From Chlamydiia bacterium (GTDB lineage: Bacteria > Chlamydiota > Chlamydiia > Chlamydiales > Parachlamydiaceae): 18,280 nucleotides of DNA. Numbering within the stretch: position 1 is the stretch's first letter; each line of letters starts with the position of its first letter. Positions 9,163 to 15,803 of the stretch are shown one piece after another. The translations under genes and the position numbers were made by a program. Below the pieces are notes generated by a model. That model was not told the origin of the DNA. It was given only the letters and a program-made list of their open reading frames with translations, and searched no databases. The stretch spans positions 1-18,280 of the forward strand of contig JBBSJT010000042.1 in NCBI GenBank assembly GCA_038257035.1, in the 5' to 3' direction.

Positions 9163-9821
9163 AAAAAAAAGCAATCGTAGTCCATTCCGGTGGAATGGAC
9201 TCCTCCATTTGTTTAAAACTTGCAATTAACGAGTTTGGTGCAGAAAATGTTTTAAGCTTGTCTTTTCAATACAATCAGCGACACATTGGAGAATTAAAAC
9301 AAGCAGCTATTATTGCGGCGCATTTTGGAGTGGACAATTTGGTGTTGCCAATTGATTGCCTGCAAAAAATTACAACAAATGCCCTTACAAATAAAGAAAT
9401 GATGATTGTCAAAGAAGGGCAACTACCTCCAAATACGCTTGTTGTTGGAAGGAACGGTCTTATGGCACGAATTGCTGCCATTCATGCGGAAGAATTAGGG
9501 GCAAGCTGCATCTACATGGGAATTATTGAGGTTGAGGCTTGTAATTCCGGTTATCGTGATTGTACAAGACATTATATGAATCTTATGGAAAACATTTTAC
9601 GAATCGATCTGAATGATCCACAATTTGAAATCCGCACGCCTCTTGTTTTTATGACAAAAAAAGAAACAATGGAATTGTCGGAAAAACTTGGGATTTTAGA
9701 TTATCTTTTGGAAATGACCATCACTTGTTATGAAGGGATTCGAGGGGAGGGTTGCAAGGTCTGCCCAGCTTGTAAACTTCGTAATGAGGGCTTGGAGCTC
9801 TATTACGCGTCGTTAGTTTAG
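9159..9821 (+). CDS. queC: 7-cyano-7-deazaguanine (preQ0) synthase
   Basis: HSGGMDS PP-loop, YNQRH, VVGRNG, GYRDC and the TITCYEG..GCKVCPACKLR zinc site. Likely start is ATG 9159, overlapping the msbA stop (ATGA). Confidence 0.93.
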   Translation: MKKKAIVVHSGGMDSSICLKLAINEFGAENVLSLSFQYNQRHIGELKQAAIIAAHFGVDNLVLPIDCLQKITTNALTNKEMMIVKEGQLPPNTLVVGRNGLMARIAAIHAEELGASCIYMGIIEVEACNSGYRDCTRHYMNLMENILRIDLNDPQFEIRTPLVFMTKKETMELSEKLGILDYLLEMTITCYEGIRGEGCKVCPACKLRNEGLELYYASLV

Positions 9822-9908
9822 AAGACTATTTGTTTTCATTTGGTAAAATAAATCTTTGACTTAAATTAAAAGTTTGAATTAGACGTTTAAAAAAAAGGAG
9901 TCTTTTTT

Positions 9909-10340
9909 ATGAATTCAGTTTCCTACCTTCCGGCAACCTTATATAAAGTAAAAATTAGTTACAAAATAAATGATTGCATCTATGAATTAAATAAGAAAAT
10001 CAAGCTTATTACTATTCAAACTGAAGCCAATTCAAACGTTTCTGCAGCCACTTCTCAAATGTTCAAAGATTTGTTTTCTGAAAGTGACTTTATTGGAATG
10101 GATTCTGATTTAAACTTTTTGTCAAAACGTGAATTTGTAATCCTTCAAGAAAACTCTTTTGCAATCCATCTTAAAAGTATTCTAATACCAGAAGATTTAG
10201 TTGAAAAAATTGGGCTTTTGGAGGATTTTAGTATAAGGAATGGTAATAAATCAGAAACCATAGAGATGTTTAAGGAAGAACTAGACCCTGTAAAAGAAGA
10301 AATCCGAATTGGAATGGAAGAATTTTTTAAAGTTGATTGA
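9909..10340 (+). CDS. Hypothetical protein, paralog 1 of a local three-member family
   Basis: AAGGAG RBS. Shares MDSxxNF, EF, HLKxxxxPExLxEKI and LDPVxEE motifs with the genes at 10400 and 12626. Confidence 0.85.
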   Translation: MNSVSYLPATLYKVKISYKINDCIYELNKKIKLITIQTEANSNVSAATSQMFKDLFSESDFIGMDSDLNFLSKREFVILQENSFAIHLKSILIPEDLVEKIGLLEDFSIRNGNKSETIEMFKEELDPVKEEIRIGMEEFFKVD

Positions 10341-10399
10341 CAATATTTAAATGGTTATGTTAGAAAGTACTCTCAAACACTGTTAGGAGTACAAAATTT

Positions 10400-10816
10400 G
10401 TGAATCCAACTTCTGATTATCAAGCTGCTTTATATGAAATTCAAGTCGGCAAGAAGCTTTCTAAGATCATTAGTGTATTGATTCCTGAAGGGATTGAATA
10501 TGCTGAATACAATATTTTTAAATTCTTAAATACACCGATATTTAAAGAAGTCTTTTCAAAGCCTGTTTGCCTCATTATGGACTCTAATTGGAATTTTCTT
10601 TGCCACTGTGAATTTGAATCAATTAGAAAAAATTCATCTACAAATCATTTGAAAAATATTTTTTTATCCAAAGAATTAGTCAGGAAAATTTTTTTAGTTT
10701 CCCAAGTAAGTTTTAAAAATGATGATAATAAGACTAAAATCTACCCGATTTATAGCCAAGAGCTTAATCCTATTCAAGATGAAATCAAAGCAGAAATGGC
10801 TCACTTCTGGCAATAA
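10400..10816 (+). CDS. Hypothetical protein, paralog 2
   Basis: GTG start with AGGAG RBS. Motifs MDSNWNFL, HLKNIFLSKELVRKI and ELNPIQDEIKAEMAHFW. Confidence 0.85.
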   Translation: MNPTSDYQAALYEIQVGKKLSKIISVLIPEGIEYAEYNIFKFLNTPIFKEVFSKPVCLIMDSNWNFLCHCEFESIRKNSSTNHLKNIFLSKELVRKIFLVSQVSFKNDDNKTKIYPIYSQELNPIQDEIKAEMAHFWQ

Positions 10817-10848
10817 CCCTCCCCCCTTTCATAAGACGTTCTCAAGCA

Positions 10849-11031
10849 GAAAAAATTTAGACCCCTACAAGTTATAACATTTTCGACTTTTTTACAGGAT
10901 AAGCACGATCGCTTCGCGGCACTAAAGCCAAGATAATATCAACCTTCAGTAATTCAGGAGGTTGATAGTATCCTGCTTATCGTGCCGCGAAGCGATCGTG
11001 CATATCCTGTAAAAAAATCGAAGATGTTATA
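10849..11031. repeat. Palindromic element family A, copy 2
   Basis: Inverted arms 10873-10944 / 10960-11031 around a 15-nt loop. 10849-10870 also matches the outer arm of the 15491-15745 copy. Confidence 0.95.
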
Positions 11032-11164
11032 TTAAGTAGCTTTATTAACATTGAAGGTTTTATTTTGTATAGCACAGTATATGTAGAGGGGTTGATAAAA
11101 TAATCTTGCGATCTAAATCTTAAATCAGCTATCCCTGTTTTTTTTAAAGTTGGCAGGAGATGCT

Positions 11165-12556
11165 ATGTTTGTCGGAAGTACACCGTTTCAAGGGATTTAC
11201 AATTACTTTTACGGAATCAATCCTGTTAGTAATATTGCGGAATGTAAATTAACAACTGATGATGATATTAAATTTTTCAGCATAAAAGCCTTCTTCCGAT
11301 ATGCAGACGTTTGTGATTTTAAAGATTTTTGGAAAAGGGCTAACACTTGTGATGCTTGTCTTGTACTCTTAGAGCCTTTTTTGGAACAAAAATTTTGTGA
11401 CAAGGAAGTTGAAGGGATGTTTGTAACCATCCAAAAAATTCTTGAAAAGAATCTTTTTTTTTATAATGAGAGCGATCTTAAAAAGATGTGGATTGATGAT
11501 TTTGGCTGGTGGGGATTAATGGGGCTTAATGCTTTTAAGCTTATGGAAAAAATTGGAAATTATGAACTTTCTCAAAAATATTTAAATCTTTCCAAGGATT
11601 GTTTTAAAAGGATGATTGATTTTGGTGTGGATATCAATAAGAACGATAAGCCTGTACCTTTCGGATGCCGCAATACCACCCAAATTGAGCCCAATTGCGG
11701 AGTAAAAAATACAGTTGTCAACGCTTTATTGATGCTACTTTCAACAAAATTGTACCGGCTTCATGTTGAGAGGGATTTTAATGGTTCAGATGATTATCTT
11801 AAAATGGCCTATGAGCAATGGATCTTTTTTTCAAAGTGGTTTGAGCATAAAGATGATAAATATATGTATTTCAAGTCTTTTATAGGGGATGATAGCGCAG
11901 CACTTGTAGGAGAGCGGCCTCTGGATTTTTCTGATGGTTCTAGTTACAGAGAAACAGGGCATCCTGATTGGTCTCCAGGTTGGGTTTGGTCGGGCGATAA
12001 TGGGCTTCTCATTGGAGCATTTGGCGATCTAATATCTTATAAAGATAATCTTGCAAAGTATGCCTTTCAATATCAGCCGAAGTGGAGATTTAATGCACGT
12101 GACTTTGAAGCAAAAATCACAAATTTCACAAAAAAATTGATCCAGGGAGTTCATAAGGGAATGATTGGAAATGATGGGATTTTTCATGAACTTGCCTGCG
12201 TAGCAAGTTATAATTTGAATGGAAATGATTATTTAGCTGGACGGGGTATATTGCTGCGTTACATGGATCTTGAAGTCGTAAAAAAATTAACAGGGATTGA
12301 TTTTAAAGATAATATTTTAAAAACGGTTTTTGCCCTTTGGTCCACAAGAGATGAAAGCAATAACCAATTTAGAGAAGATTTTACACCAACACAAGCTAAT
12401 TTAGATTTTGCCAATCAATGCGGCGCTCTTTTGGGAATTTCCGATAGAGCCACATGCTGGATCTTAAGTCATGAAAAGCAAAATGAAGTAGAAGCCATTA
12501 CACAGGCTCTAGGAATAGATTTTTTGGCCGCTGCAGCTAAATTTAAGTCATGTTAA
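11165..12556 (+). CDS. Glycoside hydrolase family 76 (alpha-1,6-mannanase/Dfg5-like) protein
   Basis: WIDDFGWWGL (adjacent catalytic Asp-Asp), KNTVVNALLMLLSTKLYR, WSGDNGLLIGA (cf. WTYNQG) and RGILLRYM (cf. KGIxxRYL). AGGAG RBS favours ATG 11165. Confidence 0.8.
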   Translation: MFVGSTPFQGIYNYFYGINPVSNIAECKLTTDDDIKFFSIKAFFRYADVCDFKDFWKRANTCDACLVLLEPFLEQKFCDKEVEGMFVTIQKILEKNLFFYNESDLKKMWIDDFGWWGLMGLNAFKLMEKIGNYELSQKYLNLSKDCFKRMIDFGVDINKNDKPVPFGCRNTTQIEPNCGVKNTVVNALLMLLSTKLYRLHVERDFNGSDDYLKMAYEQWIFFSKWFEHKDDKYMYFKSFIGDDSAALVGERPLDFSDGSSYRETGHPDWSPGWVWSGDNGLLIGAFGDLISYKDNLAKYAFQYQPKWRFNARDFEAKITNFTKKLIQGVHKGMIGNDGIFHELACVASYNLNGNDYLAGRGILLRYMDLEVVKKLTGIDFKDNILKTVFALWSTRDESNNQFREDFTPTQANLDFANQCGALLGISDRATCWILSHEKQNEVEAITQALGIDFLAAAAKFKSC

Positions 12557-12562
12557 TTTACT

Positions 12563-12591
12563 TGGACAAATTCTACTTTGAAGGTTATAAT
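12563..12591 (+). promoter_or_regulatory. Putative sigma66/70-type promoter of paralog 3
   Basis: TGGACA(12563)-17 bp-TATAAT(12586). Confidence 0.55.
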
Positions 12592-12625
12592 TGTTTATTA
12601 TAAACTAAAAAAAGGAGATTTGTTT

Positions 12626-13018
12626 ATGAATCCTAATCCATCTGTTAAAAAATCTTTATATGATCCGACTGTTTCTTTTGAATTTAATTATAAGAAAAAT
12701 GTAGACAATGGAATTTATGAAAATAAAAGATTTAAAATACTAAGAATTGAATTTAAAGTTCCAGGTAGTTTTTCAAGTTCAGCGCTTTATATAGATTCTA
12801 ATTTAAATTTTTTTCCTGACACTGAATTTGATAAATTTAAACGAACTTCTATCCGTACCCCAATGAAGCATGTTTCAGTGCCTGAGGAATTGTTAGAAAA
12901 AATTTCCAAATTTACCAATTTATTAAATTTAAAAGCGATACTTAAACCTGAACTTAAAAGTGTCCTTGACCCTGTTCAGGAAGAGCTTAAACTAGAGCTT
13001 GCTAAATTCTGGCATTAA
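12626..13018 (+). CDS. Hypothetical protein, paralog 3
   Basis: AAGGAG RBS before ATG 12626. Motifs IDSNLNFF, MKHVSVPEELLEKI and LDPVQEELKLELAKFW. Confidence 0.85.
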   Translation: MNPNPSVKKSLYDPTVSFEFNYKKNVDNGIYENKRFKILRIEFKVPGSFSSSALYIDSNLNFFPDTEFDKFKRTSIRTPMKHVSVPEELLEKISKFTNLLNLKAILKPELKSVLDPVQEELKLELAKFWH

Positions 13019-13035
13019 TATCTAGTTTCTGTTCT

Positions 13036-13080
13036 AAAACAATTATAAAGCAGGCTGTAGGCCTGCTTTATAATTGTTTT
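13036..13080. terminator. Perfect 20-bp inverted repeat, probable bidirectional terminator
   Basis: aaaacaattataaagcaggc-tgtag-gcctgctttataattgtttt, starting 17 bp after the paralog 3 stop. Confidence 0.75.
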
Positions 13081-13236
13081 CTAGCTTAATGCCTATGCAG
13101 AAAAGCGTCAGTTAGTCCAATACCTCATCCACCTTAATGCCGCACAGGTAAAAAAAAAGCATCTGAGGCCCCCTGCATTTTTTTGGCTTGTGAAAAAAAG
13201 TGTTTAGGATTACAACTTTAAGTAATTCAACAAAGG

Positions 13237-14187
13237 ATGTTTCCTATGATGTCATTAAAGAGTATGATTCCGCCAAATTGCTATTCAAGAATAGCGCTAC
13301 ACCCATTCAAAAGAGCACATTCAACATCGGGTGATTTATTCAAAAATATTGAATGCATTCAAAATGCACTCATAACTATTGCAAAGCCCGATCCCTTTAA
13401 TGGCTGCATGTTTGATTTTACTGCACTAAAAGAAAATGGTATATTTGAAGAAACTGAGGTTTTCAAAAATATTTTTCGAATCCAAATTGAAATAGCAAGG
13501 GAAAATGGAACTCATGTTCTTGGATTAAAGGTCCCTGCAGCATGGGGCACTGTGATGAAGACTGCAATAGATTTGGGCTTCAGACATCATCATGCAAATG
13601 GCGAATATTCCTTGTTAAATTTATGTTTAAGTGGACATGGGCCTAAGGAATGCAGTTTTCCTGCCTTTAGAACTATTTCTGCAGGTGTTACGGCTGTTGT
13701 TTTTGATCCTACTTTAGAAAAAGTGCTTGTCGTCACAGAAAAAACAGGTATTAAAAAACCAAAACCTGTTACCGGTGGTATTGAATATGGTGAAAAGGGA
13801 GATACTCCTCTTAAAACTGTGATCAGAGAATTAGAAGAAGAAGTTCAAATTCATTTAAAACCAGAAGACATGGTGCTTGTGGGTACAGGTTGGGTAAATG
13901 AATACCGTCAAAAAAATCCTGATACCCAATATATTTTTGCCACTCGTTTAAAGAAAATGCAAGAACCTGTCATTCAACAAAGCGAAATTGCAAAAGCTGA
14001 ATGGGTATCAATAGAGGAGTTTATAAAAACAGCTGATGATGAAAAAGAAAAACCTTGGCTTTTAAGGCAGGTGGTTGAGGTTGCCTATAATACGCTCAAA
14101 AACCAAAAAGGGGAGTGGGGTCAAAAAACCTTATTTTTAACCAACGGTAAGCCTGTAGAATTTTATAGCTCGAGGAATAGGGAATAA
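13237..14187 (+). CDS. Nudix hydrolase, NUDT6/plant NUDX7-8-like with a pre-Nudix domain
   Basis: LKVP...AIDLGFRHHHA..YSLL (pre-Nudix), GVTAVVF..KVLVVTEK and a variant Nudix box GGIEYGEKGDTPLKTVIRELEEEVQI. Confidence 0.85.
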   Translation: MFPMMSLKSMIPPNCYSRIALHPFKRAHSTSGDLFKNIECIQNALITIAKPDPFNGCMFDFTALKENGIFEETEVFKNIFRIQIEIARENGTHVLGLKVPAAWGTVMKTAIDLGFRHHHANGEYSLLNLCLSGHGPKECSFPAFRTISAGVTAVVFDPTLEKVLVVTEKTGIKKPKPVTGGIEYGEKGDTPLKTVIRELEEEVQIHLKPEDMVLVGTGWVNEYRQKNPDTQYIFATRLKKMQEPVIQQSEIAKAEWVSIEEFIKTADDEKEKPWLLRQVVEVAYNTLKNQKGEWGQKTLFLTNGKPVEFYSSRNRE

Positions 14188-14190
14188 TCC

Positions 14191-15426
14191 ATGATTGATT
14201 TTGATCATAAAAATAAGATGAATGAGGAATTTATCAGTTGTATGATCGAATTGGATATGTTCTCAAGGCTTGGAAGCAATACTTATATTCGGTATAATCG
14301 AATAACCGGTTTTGCGCCAACAGGGGGTGTTTATAGCTCAATGCCCCTTGTTCAAACATCTGTAACAATTTGGCATGGACACTCTTTTTCTTATATTATC
14401 ACTCAATTTGAAAATTTTTGTGAGAAAATAAAAAAGTGTGCTGAAAACATCCTGCAAGAAGGGCTATATACTCCTGATGACAATCTAAAAAGAAGAAAAT
14501 TCAATGAGGTTCATTTGTTGCATGGTGCAGTTGAATCGGCACTTGGCGGAGCAGAAGAAAATGGCGGAATGTATGGATTGCTTCTTACCTACTCCCAAGA
14601 AACGATTGCTAAACAGTTAATCAATGCCATTTCACACATGAAACATGCGGTGGTTAATGTCAAGCGCCAAGCTGACTCTTGGTATCCGGAAACTCTTTCA
14701 CAATTTGGATTTTTGTTAGAAGAACCATTACCCTATTGTCCTGAAAAATATTTTAGTGAGATCGAATGGGACCAAGCCTTGAGAATCAGTAGAGGTTTAA
14801 AAATCGAGTCTCCAAGCTTATACAGTTATTATGGAAATTTTTGTACTGCTATAAATTTTAATCTTGGAAAGAATCTTTTAGGCAATTGGAACATTTGGGA
14901 TGAAATTATTGAGGTAAACGGGGCAAAAGGTACAGCTTCGCTTGTTCTTGGCTCTTTGCCATTGAAAATAGAATCTCTTAACCGAAATGATGCAATTGAT
15001 TTGGAGGCCATCGGTATTCAAGCAGTCTTAAGTGTTGTTGAAGTGTATGAAAATCATTCGCCTGGAAATGTTATTTCACCGATTAATTCGGATGATTGGG
15101 AAAACTTAAAAATTAAGCAATTACAGCTTCCATCTGCTGATTTAAAAACATTATCATTTGAAAGGATCCAAAAGGGAGTTGAATTTATTCGTTGGAATTT
15201 AGAAAATGGACGACCTGTATACGTGCATAGCAGAACAGGGAGGGGCTTAAGTGCTTTGATTATTATGTGCTATCTTATTCAATATCAAGAATTTACAGCA
15301 GAACAAGCTTTGGCCTATGTAGCTTTAAAGCGCATCCAGGTAAGTTTTTTAAGTGAATCTGCCAAATACAATACTTTAATGAGCTTTGAAAAAAAACTTA
15401 AAGCTCAAGACAAAACCCTTCTATAG
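14191..15426 (+). CDS. Unknown N-terminal domain plus PTPMT1-like dual-specificity phosphatase domain, predicted inactive
   Basis: LVLGSLP, IQAVLSVVE, LPSAD and VYVHSRTGRGLSALIIMCYLI, where VYVHCxxGxxRS is expected. Confidence 0.85.
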   Translation: MIDFDHKNKMNEEFISCMIELDMFSRLGSNTYIRYNRITGFAPTGGVYSSMPLVQTSVTIWHGHSFSYIITQFENFCEKIKKCAENILQEGLYTPDDNLKRRKFNEVHLLHGAVESALGGAEENGGMYGLLLTYSQETIAKQLINAISHMKHAVVNVKRQADSWYPETLSQFGFLLEEPLPYCPEKYFSEIEWDQALRISRGLKIESPSLYSYYGNFCTAINFNLGKNLLGNWNIWDEIIEVNGAKGTASLVLGSLPLKIESLNRNDAIDLEAIGIQAVLSVVEVYENHSPGNVISPINSDDWENLKIKQLQLPSADLKTLSFERIQKGVEFIRWNLENGRPVYVHSRTGRGLSALIIMCYLIQYQEFTAEQALAYVALKRIQVSFLSESAKYNTLMSFEKKLKAQDKTLL

Positions 15427-15490
15427 TGTTTGCGACAATTTGGGTGAGGTTGATGCATAACCGTCCCAATCAAGATCGTTATTGCCCCAA

Positions 15491-15745
15491 AATATATACT
15501 AGCTCTACTTCAATCTGAAAATTATAGACCCCTACAATTTATCACGTCTTCAATTTTTTACAGGATATGCACGATCGCTGCGTGGCACGATAAGCAGGAT
15601 AATATCAACCACATGTATTACTGAGGGTTAATATTATCCTGCTTATCGTGCCGCGCAGCGATCGTGCATATCCTGTAAAAAATCGAATATGTTATGCATT
15701 GTAGGGGTCTAAATTTTTCAGATTAAAGTAGCACCAGTATATATT
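15491..15745. repeat. Palindromic element family A, copy 3 (255 bp, most complete), MITE/REPIN-like
   Basis: 120-bp arms at 15491-15610 / 15626-15745. The inner 58 bp have only 2 mismatches. 15-nt loop; located between convergent genes. Confidence 0.95.
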
Positions 15746-15803
15746 GGTTCTACTTGAAGCGGTAAACAGATCCCTCGTATTGATTCAGTGGTTGAAGTAG
15801 CGG

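Noticed and set aside
9099..9821. QueC as part of a defence system (QatC/Cap9/Dpd), and the longer start at 9099
   Set aside because: The length and motifs are canonical QueC and no partner genes are adjacent. The 9099 start overlaps msbA by 64 bp, whereas ATG 9159 gives a typical N-terminus.
12578..12625. Upstream TTG start for paralog 3 (likewise 11150 for GH76 and 18203 for xfp)
   Set aside because: Strong RBSs sit just before the downstream ATGs (12626, 11165, 18182), and the paralog N-termini align from MNPNPS.
77..15011. Short overlapping or antisense ORFs (77-277, 3700-3921, 4308-4493, 4974-5171, 5498-5698, 5712-5948, 8107-8307, 8784-9143, 9275-9481, 11209-11430, 14829-15011)
   Set aside because: All overlap well-supported genes and lack motifs, so they are treated as shadow ORFs.
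9909..15745. Integron cassette array
   Set aside because: There is no integrase, the palindromes do not show attC R-box (RYYYAAC/GTTRRRY) ends, they do not follow every gene, and several genes appear to have their own promoters.
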